From the NCBI GenBank assembly GCA_934183155.1, contig CAKPSB010000003.1, positions 3,818-67,817 of the forward strand: a stretch of 64,000 bases of DNA. The letters run 5' to 3'. The position numbers were made by a program, and so were the translations under genes. Below are positions 48,014-57,844 of this stretch, one piece after another (the first letter of the stretch is position 1; every line of letters begins with the position of its first letter). Under the pieces are notes generated by a model that saw nothing but the letters and a program-made list of their open reading frames with translations, did not search any database and was not told where the DNA came from. Origin of the DNA: an uncultured Bacilli bacterium. Its GTDB lineage: Bacteria > Bacillota_I > Bacilli_A > RF39 > UBA660.

Positions 48014-49801
48014 TTAACGTACCTTTGGCTTTACATCATTAAGATCTTCAACGCCATAAACTTTTTTATTTAATCTTCTCATAATTTCATCAACTTGTTC
48101 ATCGATAGTCTTATCTTTCTTACTATTTGAAAAAACTACGCTTTCATTATTAATCGTTTTTAGATCATCAACTGACTTATCTTTATCAGTTTTATTCTTT
48201 TTTCTTTTTCTTTCAGCTTCAGATAAAGCTGCTGCACCAATACCAGCTAATATTCCAGGCAAAACATTTGCCTCATCACCAGTTTGTGGTAAATTTCCTT
48301 GAGGAGTAACTGGAACAGATGGTTGTTCTGGCGTATTAGGAATATCTGGAGTATCAGGAGTGTCAGGCTTTGGCTTATCGCCAGGATTCTCTGGTTCCTT
48401 AGGATTGTTATCATCATGAGATGGTTTTAAGCTTGGAGTTGCATCAGGATTTTCTGATGTTTTTTTATTTTCTTCTAATTGATCAGAAACACCTGCAACA
48501 GTAGCAACATAGTTCTCACCTTTATATTTAAAAGTATAACTATTGCCATCAACAGTCTCAACATCATAATTTCCAAAATATGAATGTCTAACATCATCTT
48601 CCATATTGTCAGTTGGTGCATCTGGTAAAGCTACCAAATTGACTATTGCATCAGCTGGTATTTTACCTTCAGCTTGTAAACGTGAAACTAAATCTTGAAA
48701 TTGATTATTTGAAAGGCCAACACCGCCTACTGCTAAATAATAAACTCCCTCATCTTGTAAAATAACATATTGATTATCCCCAACAACAATTTTGTTTTCT
48801 GAAACAACTTGATCATTTTTATTTTCACTATCTTGAACATTAGTGTTGTTCTGTTCCTTATTTTCAGTACTTTGAGTTAATATAACATTGCCATCTTCAT
48901 CTTTAATAATTGCTGTGCCATTCTCATCATAATCAACAGAATAACCAGTATCAGCAATTTTGCCAGATTGACCAGTTTTAATAATATTTTCAAAATCATA
49001 TGCGGTAACATTACCTGATGAAATATCAACACCAGCATCTACTAATTGTTGAGCTAAAACCTCAGGAGCAGGAATATTACCAATTACTATTAATTGTCCA
49101 TCTTTTTCAATAAGATCATAACCATCAAAGTGTTTTACACTAGACTTTTGAATATTTTCATTAGTTACTTGCTCTTGTGTATTTGAAATATTACTTTCTA
49201 AAACATCTTCTACCGTATTTGTTTTAGTGCTTTCAGCTGGAGCAACTTCATCTTGTGTCTCAGCAGGTGTAACTTCAGAAGCGTTTTCAGCTGGAGCAAC
49301 TTCATCTTGAGTCTCAGCAGGTGTAACTTCAGAAGCGTTTTCAGCTGGAGCAACCTCATCTTGAGTCTCAGCAGGTGTAACTTCAGAAACATTTTCAACT
49401 GGAGCAACCTCATCTTGAGTCTCAGCAGGTGTAACTTCAGAAACATTTTCAGCTGGAGCAACCTCATCTTGAGTCTCAGCAGGTGTAACTTCAGAAGCAT
49501 TTTCAGCTGGAGCAACTTCATCTTGCGTCTCAGCAGGTGTAACTTCAGAAACATCTTCAGCCGGAGCAACATAAGTCTGCTCTAAAGTAGTAGGTGTAGT
49601 TGTATCAATAATTGCTGGAGCTTCCTCAGCTAACGCTTTACCAGGACTCATAATAGTAGCTAAAGCTGTCGCAACAGAAAATCCACCAATCAATACTCTA
49701 TTTCTTTTTTCTCTTAAAAAAGCACGTAATTTTTCAAGAGAACCGCTATTTAAACTAGCTGAATTAAATTTTTCTCTAAATAATTTAAATTTCATAAACA
49801 T
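48014..49801 (-). CDS. Repeat-containing surface protein with an LPQTG sortase motif
   Basis: Signal peptide. It has 7-8 copies of a 16-aa acidic repeat (EVTPAETQDEVAPAEN[AV]S). A Pro-rich stalk is followed by …QGNLPQTGDEANVLPGILAGIGAAALSEAERKRKKNK…. An unusual 55-aa hydrophilic extension follows the putative sorting signal. Confidence 0.55.
   Translation of the reverse strand: MFMKFKLFREKFNSASLNSGSLEKLRAFLREKRNRVLIGGFSVATALATIMSPGKALAEEAPAIIDTTTPTTLEQTYVAPAEDVSEVTPAETQDEVAPAENASEVTPAETQDEVAPAENVSEVTPAETQDEVAPVENVSEVTPAETQDEVAPAENASEVTPAETQDEVAPAENASEVTPAETQDEVAPAESTKTNTVEDVLESNISNTQEQVTNENIQKSSVKHFDGYDLIEKDGQLIVIGNIPAPEVLAQQLVDAGVDISSGNVTAYDFENIIKTGQSGKIADTGYSVDYDENGTAIIKDEDGNVILTQSTENKEQNNTNVQDSENKNDQVVSENKIVVGDNQYVILQDEGVYYLAVGGVGLSNNQFQDLVSRLQAEGKIPADAIVNLVALPDAPTDNMEDDVRHSYFGNYDVETVDGNSYTFKYKGENYVATVAGVSDQLEENKKTSENPDATPSLKPSHDDNNPKEPENPGDKPKPDTPDTPDIPNTPEQPSVPVTPQGNLPQTGDEANVLPGILAGIGAAALSEAERKRKKNKTDKDKSVDDLKTINNESVVFSNSKKDKTIDEQVDEIMRRLNKKVYGVEDLNDVKPKVR
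49225..49565. repeat. Tandem 48-bp coding repeat, about 7 copies, inside the LPQTG protein gene
   Basis: Near-identical units …cagctggagcaac(t/c)tcatcttg(a/t)gtctcagcaggtgtaacttcagaa(g/a)c(g/a)ttttc…. They also generate spurious repetitive ORFs in other frames (49210..49585). Confidence 0.8.
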
Positions 49802-50154
49802 CCCCCGTTTCCAACTAGAAAGATTGTATTAATTCCCTTTCATTTGTGGCATATAATAACACCAAACGTATTATTTGTCAAATTAACACAAAATTATTTT
49901 TATTTCTAATAAACTTGTTTAAAAACAACACCTCTAACACAATAAATTATAACAAATTTTAAGACATTTTTCCATACATATTAATATACTTTACAAAAAA
50001 TCGTAAAATATTTTAATAAAAAATAACTACTGCTTAAATAATTTAAATTTTTACATCTAAATCATAAAATATATACCATAATTTTAACTACTTTTTAAAG
50101 TTCTAAATATAACACCAATAACAAATATTAAAAAAGTCTCTCAATATGAAAGAC

Positions 50155-52089
50155 TTACTTAATTATTCTCTTAGAAGTAAAATAAGTAACAAGAAAATAA
50201 ATACCATAAATTAAAATTATAAAAATTGCTGTTATAATAATTGAAATAATACTCGTAGAAACACTAACAACCGCCAAAACTTTTCTTGCAAATAATATAC
50301 CAAATATAGAATGAAATACCCCTACAAATAAAGGAATCAAGAAAAATATAAGCGTTTGATCAAATAAAGTTTTATTTATGTTCTCATCACTAGCCCCTAT
50401 TTTTTTTAAAATAATATATTTTTCTTTATCATCACTAATATCTGATAAAGTTTTTAAAGCTAAAATAGCCGCTGATGTGATTAAAAATATACCACCCAAA
50501 TAAAATCCAATAAATATCATCATAGCGCCCATTCCTACACAAGAAGTATATATATCAATTTTTGTATTTTGATAATATGAGTCTTGATTTAAATATTCAA
50601 CATTAATACCCTTTTCAGCTTTTTCTTTATCACCTTTATAATTACCTGTTATATAAATAATGCTTTGTATACTATTTGATAAATTAGTATTATCAGGAAC
50701 AACAATTAATCCCATATTAGCTTTACTGCCACTCATTTCTATCATTCCTTCAACTACTTTATTATTCTTATTAACATAATCTTTTCCACCAATATTTAAC
50801 TTTACGCCTTTAGCTAAAGACTCATTATAATATTTTTTTAAAGCTTCATAATCAGTTACTAAAATAAACTCACCATTTTTTAAAGAAAGGCCATCTCTTT
50901 TATAAAGATTCATTAATTTATTATAATCAGAAAGCTTAATAACTGGTATACTGCGGGAGCTCATATAACTATTCATATTTCTAAATTTAAAATACTTATA
51001 TGCAGTCTCATCTGTTAAATAAGTCTTAAAAATAACTCTTTCCTTCAAAAAAACATTTGATTTTTTTAGAAATTCATCAATATTTTTGTTCTCAAGACCT
51101 ATTATTTGAATATCCGCTGGCGCGCCATAAATTAAATCTTTAGTCAAAGTCTCATTCATACTCCAAACAGACGAAAATAACGTTATTGTTAAAAATAAAA
51201 GTATACTAATAATGCTCATTGAAAAAACAGTAGAACTTATTTTACTATCAATTTGCTTTAACGTAAATATATTCAAATCCTTATAATATATTTTTTTATT
51301 TTTTTGAAATATTTTTAAAATAAAACCAGAAACACCAAAGAAAAATAAAAATGTGCCGATAATACCAAGTAAAATACTTAAACCAAATAAACCAATATCA
51401 AAAGTTTTTCTTAAAGCTAAATAATAAGCATATCCAAGCATAAAAATAGAAACGATAAATATTAAAATGGAAACTAAAGAATTTCTAATTTTAATATTTT
51501 CACTTTTTTTAGAAGCGTTTATCAAATTGATTAATTTATATTTAGTAACAACAAAAACATTAAAAATAATAACAATTAAATAAATTATTAAATAATAAAT
51601 TATTGTTTTAATCATTGCCTTATAAGAAAATACAAATTCAAATTTAGACATATCAACTTCAAACAATTTAGCCACAATAAGTGACATAAATTGTGATAAA
51701 AACAAACCTAAAGAAAGTCCAACAAACAAAGAAATAATTCCTATTAAAATAGTTTCTGAAAGTAATATTTTAGAAACATCCTTCTTACTCATTCCCAAAG
51801 TTAAATAAATACCAAATTCCTTTTTTCTTTTTTTAATTAAAAAATTAGAAGCATAAATTATCAAAAAGCCTAATATAATAGCCACAAAAATAGAAACTCC
51901 AGACAAAAACTGATTCATTAAATCCATAATTTGTTTTTGTGTAGAACTAAGTTTAAGCATAGCCTCCTGACCATCTAAAGCATTAAATACATAAAATATA
52001 GCAACCCCTAAAATTAAAGTTAAAAAATATACCGAATAATCTTTAAAACTTTTCTTAATATTTTTTAAAGCCATATTAAAGTGCATCAT
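50155..52089 (-). CDS. BceB-like ABC transporter permease (FtsX family, 10 TM)
   Basis: 644 aa. Duplicated FtsX TM bundles with a large extracellular domain between TM7 and TM8. It overlaps the ATPase gene. Confidence 0.75.
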   Translation of the reverse strand: MMHFNMALKNIKKSFKDYSVYFLTLILGVAIFYVFNALDGQEAMLKLSSTQKQIMDLMNQFLSGVSIFVAIILGFLIIYASNFLIKKRKKEFGIYLTLGMSKKDVSKILLSETILIGIISLFVGLSLGLFLSQFMSLIVAKLFEVDMSKFEFVFSYKAMIKTIIYYLIIYLIVIIFNVFVVTKYKLINLINASKKSENIKIRNSLVSILIFIVSIFMLGYAYYLALRKTFDIGLFGLSILLGIIGTFLFFFGVSGFILKIFQKNKKIYYKDLNIFTLKQIDSKISSTVFSMSIISILLFLTITLFSSVWSMNETLTKDLIYGAPADIQIIGLENKNIDEFLKKSNVFLKERVIFKTYLTDETAYKYFKFRNMNSYMSSRSIPVIKLSDYNKLMNLYKRDGLSLKNGEFILVTDYEALKKYYNESLAKGVKLNIGGKDYVNKNNKVVEGMIEMSGSKANMGLIVVPDNTNLSNSIQSIIYITGNYKGDKEKAEKGINVEYLNQDSYYQNTKIDIYTSCVGMGAMMIFIGFYLGGIFLITSAAILALKTLSDISDDKEKYIILKKIGASDENINKTLFDQTLIFFLIPLFVGVFHSIFGILFARKVLAVVSVSTSIISIIITAIFIILIYGIYFLVTYFTSKRIIK

Positions 52090-52846
52090 TCAAATCTCCT
52101 CCAAGGACAGTTACAACATCAATTATTTTATCAAAAAACTCTCTTCTACTATCGTCCCCCCTAATTAATTCATTAAAAATCTTACCATCTTTAATAAATA
52201 AAATTCTTGAACAATAACTAGCCGTAAAAGCATCATGCGTAACCATCAAAATAGTCGTTTTTAAATCAGCATTAAGTTCATTAATTTTTTCTAAAAGTAA
52301 TCTAGAAGATTTACTGTCTAAAGCTCCAGTTGGTTCATCCGCTAAAACTAACTTGGGATTAGTAATAAGCGCACGGCAACACGCTACCCTTTGCTTTTGA
52401 CCACCAGACAATTGATAAGGATATTTATTAATCACATCACTTATACCTAATTTTTTTGAAATTATTTCTATTTTTTTATCTATATTTTTATCCCTTTTAA
52501 TTGTCAAAGCTAAAGCTATATTTTCATAAGCCGTAAGTGTATCTAATAAATTAAAATCTTGAAAAATAAAACCTAAATCATTTCTTCTAAACTTATTCAA
52601 ATTCAAACCCTTTAATTTTGTTATATCAATACCATTCAATAAAATATGACCACTTGTAACTTTATCAATCGTTGATATACAGTTAAGCAAAGTTGTTTTA
52701 CCACTACCAGAAGCACCCATTATACCAACAAATTCACCTTCATAAACATCAAAAGAAATATTATCAATAGCCTTGGTTAAATTATTTTTATTTCCATAAT
52801 ATTTTTCAATGTTTTCCAAGCTTAAAATTTTACCCATTTCCATCAC
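52076..52846 (-). CDS. BceA-like ABC transporter ATP-binding protein
   Basis: GASGSGKTT, LSGGQKQR, LVLADEPT. Confidence 0.85.
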   Translation of the reverse strand: MMEMGKILSLENIEKYYGNKNNLTKAIDNISFDVYEGEFVGIMGASGSGKTTLLNCISTIDKVTSGHILLNGIDITKLKGLNLNKFRRNDLGFIFQDFNLLDTLTAYENIALALTIKRDKNIDKKIEIISKKLGISDVINKYPYQLSGGQKQRVACCRALITNPKLVLADEPTGALDSKSSRLLLEKINELNADLKTTILMVTHDAFTASYCSRILFIKDGKIFNELIRGDDSRREFFDKIIDVVTVLGGDLNDAL

Positions 52847-52910
52847 CTCAAAAACATTATATTAAAAAAATATTAATAAAACAATTTATTAATATTACCA
52901 AACATTACAA

Positions 52911-53237
52911 TTATGTAAGACTATTATAATGTTTTAACCCCTTATCAGTCACATTATAACCCTCACTAGCTTTAACTATTAAATTACTGTCAAGTAATTT
53001 ATTAAAAGCCCTAGACCAAGCTTCATCAATAAAAATAGTCTCATCACCAATAACTATTTTTTTATTATTCTTATTTAATGAGCAATTATTTAAAATAGCC
53101 TTTTCGAGCAAAAATACACTCTTTTCATTTAACTTAATTTTATTAACATTATCAAGCGAAATAGAAAAATCCATATTATCTAAACTAAATGTAAGTGGAT
53201 CATTCTCGCCCCTTTTACTTTTGGTAAGCATACCCAT
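52911..53237 (-). CDS. Hypothetical protein (108 aa) between the histidine kinase and the ABC transporter
   Basis: ORF track only. Confidence 0.35.
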   Translation of the reverse strand: MGMLTKSKRGENDPLTFSLDNMDFSISLDNVNKIKLNEKSVFLLEKAILNNCSLNKNNKKIVIGDETIFIDEAWSRAFNKLLDSNLIVKASEGYNVTDKGLKHYNSLT

Positions 53238-53239
53238 AA

Positions 53240-54271
53240 CTATTCATCTCCTCTAATATCATTCGTATATGAATTAATCGGAAAAACTATCTTAACCGTC
53301 GTTCCATTATCACTTTTGACAAAAACATTATTATTCAATTTATTACATAATTTTTTAACTAAATAAAGCCCTATTCCCGTCGAATTATATTTTTTTCTAC
53401 CATTTTTACCAGTAAAACCTTTATCAAATATTCTTGGGAGATCATCTTTATCAATTCCAATACCATTATCTTTAATCACTAAACAAACATCATTTTTATT
53501 TAAAACACTATATATTTCAATAATTGGTGCTTCTGCTATATATTTTATACTATTTGACAATATTTGATTAATAATAAATTCCATCCACTTACTATCAGTC
53601 TTAACCATCACATCTAAATCATGTATTTCTAACTTTATTTTATTTTCAATAAAATTATTTTTGTTTTTAATTATTACTTTATTAATAATATTTTCTAAAT
53701 TTACACTTTTAATCAAATAATCTTTTTCAGGGTTATAACTTCTCTCATAAAACAAAATAGTATCAATATAATTTTGAATTTTTAAAGACTCCTCCATTAT
53801 ACTACTTGTTATTCTATTTTTATTATTTTCACACATTAAAGTAATCGCTGAAAGCGGAAGCTTTACCTCATGAACCCAAAGTGTCATAAATTCTTCAAAA
53901 TCCTTCTGATTATGTTTAAATTTATTAATTTCTTCCAAAGCATATTTATTAATACATCTCAAAATATCTAATAATATTTTACTTTCTAAAAACATCGGTT
54001 TAATCATTTCTTGAACTAATAATTTGTTAAAATTCTTATCAACAATACTATATATTTCATCATAAAATCTTTTTTTTAAATTATAATCATATATCAAATA
54101 AACAAGAAAAGACAAAACCAATAAAAGTAAAACCATAACTATTAATACTAAATTAGAATTAAAAACAACAAGCAAAAATAAAATCAAAATAAAATTTATC
54201 AAATATAAAATAAGAAAAAATAACTTATCCTTTAAATAATCATTTAAATTCATAAAATGATATAACCCCAT
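53240..54271 (-). CDS. Sensor histidine kinase (BceS-like, intramembrane-sensing type)
   Basis: Two N-terminal TM helices with a minimal loop. H-box HEVKLPLSAI. HATPase motifs DNGIGI and GTGIGL. Confidence 0.75.
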   Translation of the reverse strand: MGLYHFMNLNDYLKDKLFFLILYLINFILILFLLVVFNSNLVLIVMVLLLLVLSFLVYLIYDYNLKKRFYDEIYSIVDKNFNKLLVQEMIKPMFLESKILLDILRCINKYALEEINKFKHNQKDFEEFMTLWVHEVKLPLSAITLMCENNKNRITSSIMEESLKIQNYIDTILFYERSYNPEKDYLIKSVNLENIINKVIIKNKNNFIENKIKLEIHDLDVMVKTDSKWMEFIINQILSNSIKYIAEAPIIEIYSVLNKNDVCLVIKDNGIGIDKDDLPRIFDKGFTGKNGRKKYNSTGIGLYLVKKLCNKLNNNVFVKSDNGTTVKIVFPINSYTNDIRGDE

Positions 54272-54927
54272 CCACGTCTAGTTTCAATAACATTTTTTAG
54301 ACCAATCTCTTCTAATTTTCTTCTAATTCGTGTAATATTTACAGTTAAAGTATTATCATCAACAAACATTTCACTATCCCAAAGATATCTCATTAAATCA
54401 TCTCTACTAACCACGCAGCCACGATGATTAATTAAATAAGACAATATAGAAAGTTCATTTTTAGTAAGTAATATATTTTTTCCATTATATTCAATCAAAC
54501 CTTTAAAAAGGTCTATTATCATTCCATTATATTCCAAAAAATTATTTCCACTACTCTTTCTCCTAAGTGCAGCTTCAATATGAGCAATTAAAACTTGCGG
54601 ATTATAAGGTTTAGTTATAAAATCATCTGCACCATAATTTAAAGATATAACCTCATCCATTTCACTGTTTCTACTAGTTACAACAATAATAGGAATATTT
54701 TTACTTTTTCTAACCTCTTTACATAATCTCATTCCATTAATTCCAGGAATATTTATATCCATTAAAATCAAATCAGCATTAGCTTTTAAAATATCATTCA
54801 ATGTATTTTCAAACTCATCAATAATTAATACTTCAAATCCATTATTTTTCAAAAAACAAGCGAGTTCTTCTCTTATTTTAAATTCATCTTCAATAAGTAA
54901 TATTTTATACATACCCATCACCAACAT
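54250..54927 (-). CDS. OmpR-family response regulator (BceR-like)
   Basis: Receiver domain (LIEDE…LILMDINIPG) plus a winged-helix C-terminus (…TRRGWGYIIL). Confidence 0.85.
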   Translation of the reverse strand: MLVMGMYKILLIEDEFKIREELACFLKNNGFEVLIIDEFENTLNDILKANADLILMDINIPGINGMRLCKEVRKSKNIPIIVVTSRNSEMDEVISLNYGADDFITKPYNPQVLIAHIEAALRRKSSGNNFLEYNGMIIDLFKGLIEYNGKNILLTKNELSILSYLINHRGCVVSRDDLMRYLWDSEMFVDDNTLTVNITRIRRKLEEIGLKNVIETRRGWGYIIL

Positions 54928-54931
54928 AATA

Positions 54932-56098
54932 TTATTTTTTTTTAAATTTTATCTGATCAGCATATTTAAATGCATATGCCATTACTGTATCTACCCCATT
55001 AATATAATCTTCTTTTGATTGCTCAACAAATATATCAGGTTTAAAAAACTTTGGAATAGTAACATCTTTTGTAACTTTTAAAGAATAATCTTCCTTAGAA
55101 AATGCTGCAACACCAACATTTGGTGCTAAAAAGCAAGTAGAAGAAGCAAACGTATATCCATTATGTTTTATCCACCCACTATTCCCATAACAATTCAGTG
55201 GCGTTGAAATTCCAGTTCCAATTGTAATAGCGCCTAATTCTATTAAATTAATAAGAGCATACCTACCACCAGAAAACACTCTATAATCAGTTAAACAAAT
55301 AAGCTTTTTATTACAATTTTCTAAAAAATCCATTAAACATTTATTAATAGCTGAATTGCCTCCAGTATTACCTCTAATATCAACAATTATAGTATCAATC
55401 GATGATAAATCTAACTGTTTCAATTCTTCTACCATATTTTCAATTTTTTCCTTAAATCTATTTTGAACAGAAGAATGAGTAATAACAAGCTTATTACCGG
55501 AAATATTAAAAGTACCAGGATTACCAAATAAATATTTTTCTGCATCAAACATTTCGCTTTCCAAATATTGTTCATCCTTTTTGAATTTTTTTACATATAT
55601 ATTACCATTACTATCTTTAAAATTCATAATTAATATATTTGCACCTCTTAATGAAGGCAAACTAAACAACCTTTGTTTATTAAATAATGCTTTTTCAATT
55701 TCATATTTTCTTTTTCCTTCAGTTCCATAAGCAATTACATCATCTAATTCATCTATAATAACATCAATTAAAACACCATTAATAGAAACTAAATTTAGCC
55801 CCTTCAAATCATCAGGAAAATTAACTATAATCTCTTTGCCAAACATTTTAAAATTAATAGGTATTCTTTGCATAACACTATACTGTGTATGAGCATCTAA
55901 AACACCACCCAATCTTTTAATCACGTAGTTCATTAAATAGTTAAAAGAATAATCATCAACTATATTCTGCTCTAAAACAATCTTATCATATATATTATTC
56001 AACTCTTCTTCATTAATTTCATGCCAAGGATTAACATGCTTATCCTTATAGAAACTTATAAATAAATCATACATCTTTTTATATTTTTCTGTAATCAT
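54932..56098 (-). CDS. Peptidase S41 family protein (C-terminal-processing-peptidase-like, no obvious PDZ)
   Basis: …IIVDIRGNTGGNSAINKCLMDF… and …VFSGGRYALINL… resemble the S41 core. Confidence 0.45.
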   Translation of the reverse strand: MITEKYKKMYDLFISFYKDKHVNPWHEINEEELNNIYDKIVLEQNIVDDYSFNYLMNYVIKRLGGVLDAHTQYSVMQRIPINFKMFGKEIIVNFPDDLKGLNLVSINGVLIDVIIDELDDVIAYGTEGKRKYEIEKALFNKQRLFSLPSLRGANILIMNFKDSNGNIYVKKFKKDEQYLESEMFDAEKYLFGNPGTFNISGNKLVITHSSVQNRFKEKIENMVEELKQLDLSSIDTIIVDIRGNTGGNSAINKCLMDFLENCNKKLICLTDYRVFSGGRYALINLIELGAITIGTGISTPLNCYGNSGWIKHNGYTFASSTCFLAPNVGVAAFSKEDYSLKVTKDVTIPKFFKPDIFVEQSKEDYINGVDTVMAYAFKYADQIKFKKK

Positions 56099-56228
56099 AA
56101 TACCCTCCTATTATCTATATCAGCAAGCATTATAGTCTTATTAATAAATACTTCATCACATATAAATATAACATAAATTTAATGAATATTAACAACAAAT
56201 TAAAAAATGCTATAATAATACGCCAGAG

Positions 56229-56522
56229 GTGAGAAAAATGAATGAAAAAAAATTTTTAGAATTTCAAGCAAGAATGAACGCAATGAAAGATGTAATAAGA
56301 ATATACGATCCAGAAAAATTTGAAGAATTATCTAGTGTAGACTGTTTCTGGGCTCCTGAGACTAGACCATTTAGATATAGCGCATGGGTGCAAGAAAACT
56401 ATGAAATCAATCCAAATAGCATTGTATCTTTAAAAGTATATTCCCTACTTATGGATATGCCAATTGATCAAGTAAGAGAAAAAATGATTGCTTATACCGA
56501 AAAAAACGCTAAAATAAAATAA
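56229..56522 (+). CDS. Hypothetical protein (97 aa). Probable start is MNEKKF.
   Basis: It has an extended -10 (TGCTATAAT, ~56205-56213), a strong RBS (AGAGGTGAG), and a clean terminator downstream. Confidence 0.45.
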   Translation: MRKMNEKKFLEFQARMNAMKDVIRIYDPEKFEELSSVDCFWAPETRPFRYSAWVQENYEINPNSIVSLKVYSLLMDMPIDQVREKMIAYTEKNAKIK

Positions 56523-56547
56523 ATTTTAATTCAAAAGCTAAAATAAT

Positions 56548-56575
56548 ATGATGACCAAAGTCATCTTTTTTTATT
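56548..56575 (+). terminator. Rho-independent terminator
   Basis: ATGATGACcaaaGTCATCttttttt. Confidence 0.55.
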
Positions 56576-56686
56576 TAAATTTAACTACCCAATATTATTA
56601 TATAAAACTTATTATCAAAAAACAATTCTCTTCCTAGAATTGTTTTTCTATTAAAAATTGAACACACGTCAAGTAAAATTACACTG

Positions 56687-56770
56687 TGGTGCATGAGACG
56701 AGAGTTGAACTCGCACGAGATTCCTCACTACCCCCTCAAAGTAGCGCGTCTACCATTCCGCCACCCATGC
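56687..56770 (-). tRNA. tRNA-Leu (anticodon GAG), type II with a long variable arm
   Basis: The reverse complement is GCATGGGTGGCGGAATGGTAGACGCGCTACTTTGAGGGGGTAGTGAGGAATCTCGTGCGAGTTCAACTCTCGTCTCATGCACCA. The acceptor stem pairs. The anticodon stem CTACT/GGTAG has loop TTGAGGG. A long extra arm is present. T-loop TTCAACT. CCA is encoded. Confidence 0.8.
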
Positions 56771-56794
56771 AAAAAGAAAAATTAATTAATTTTT

Positions 56795-57832
56795 CTACTT
56801 AAACACTCTTATAATATCATTATAAGTAATAAATAACATTAAAGCCATTAATAAGAAAAACCCAATAGCATGAACTGTATTTTCAAATTTTGGATCAACA
56901 GGCTTACCTTTTATCTTTTCAACTATAACAAATAACAACCTTCCTCCATCAAAAGCTGGAATAGGAAGTAAATTAATAAATCCCACATTTAAACTAAGTA
57001 AAGCTGTTAAACTTAAAAGAGATAATATTCCAGCAGAAGAAGCAGAATCAACAATGCTATAAATTCCAACAGGTCCCGCTAAAGAATTAAGTCCTAAATG
57101 ACCAGTAATTAAATATACAATCATTAAAATCATCTGCCAAATTAAAATAAACGTTTTAGAAAAAGCATAAACTATAGAAGGAATTACTCCTTTTTTAACA
57201 TTGTCACTAATACCAAATCCATATTTATAAACTTTTTGACCATCTACATTAACCTTTTTAGGAAGTAAAGAAACTGTTTTAATTTCACCATTTCTACTTA
57301 CTTCTAAAGAAATTTCTTTACCATTGTTTACTTGAAGTTCAAGGGCCAATAAATCATAGCTACTTGCATTTTTACCATTTAATTTTAAAATTTGATCACC
57401 TTTTTGTAAACCAGAAGTATAAGCAGGATAATCTTTACTAACATCACTCACTATAACTTTATTTTCTGGAGCACCATTAATCAAAGCTATTACAAAAAAA
57501 AGAACGATAGCTAAAATAAAGTTATTCATAATGCCGGCTATTACTGTCATAAATTTTTGGCCAAAGCTTTTAACACAAAACTTTTTATCTTTAGGAACTG
57601 ACTCATCATCATCAATTTCCTCACCAGCCATTTGTACAAAACCACCAATTGGAATTAATCTAATTGAATATTCAGTTTCATCATTTTTTCTAGTCCATTT
57701 AAATATACGAGGACCCATTCCTATTGAAAATTCATAAACATATATTCCTGCCCTTTTAGCAAATATAAAATGTCCAAACTCATGTATTAAAACAATTATC
57801 CCTAGTATTAATATAAAATAAATTAAAGTCAT
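56795..57832 (-). CDS. rseP: RIP metalloprotease RseP (site-2 protease)
   Basis: HEFGHF in TM1, a PDZ domain, and the LDG motif (PIPAFDGGRL). Confidence 0.85.
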   Translation of the reverse strand: MTLIYFILILGIIVLIHEFGHFIFAKRAGIYVYEFSIGMGPRIFKWTRKNDETEYSIRLIPIGGFVQMAGEEIDDDESVPKDKKFCVKSFGQKFMTVIAGIMNNFILAIVLFFVIALINGAPENKVIVSDVSKDYPAYTSGLQKGDQILKLNGKNASSYDLLALELQVNNGKEISLEVSRNGEIKTVSLLPKKVNVDGQKVYKYGFGISDNVKKGVIPSIVYAFSKTFILIWQMILMIVYLITGHLGLNSLAGPVGIYSIVDSASSAGILSLLSLTALLSLNVGFINLLPIPAFDGGRLLFVIVEKIKGKPVDPKFENTVHAIGFFLLMALMLFITYNDIIRVFK

Positions 57833-57844
57833 AAAATCCCCCTT

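Noticed and set aside
49210-49585. Two extra ORFs (120 aa minus-strand, 110 aa plus-strand) made of repetitive Leu/Lys or Ser/Cys/Arg/Asn peptides
   Set aside because: They are alternative-frame or antisense read-throughs of the 48-bp tandem repeat inside the LPQTG protein gene. Their periodic low-complexity translation is an artefact of the repeat.
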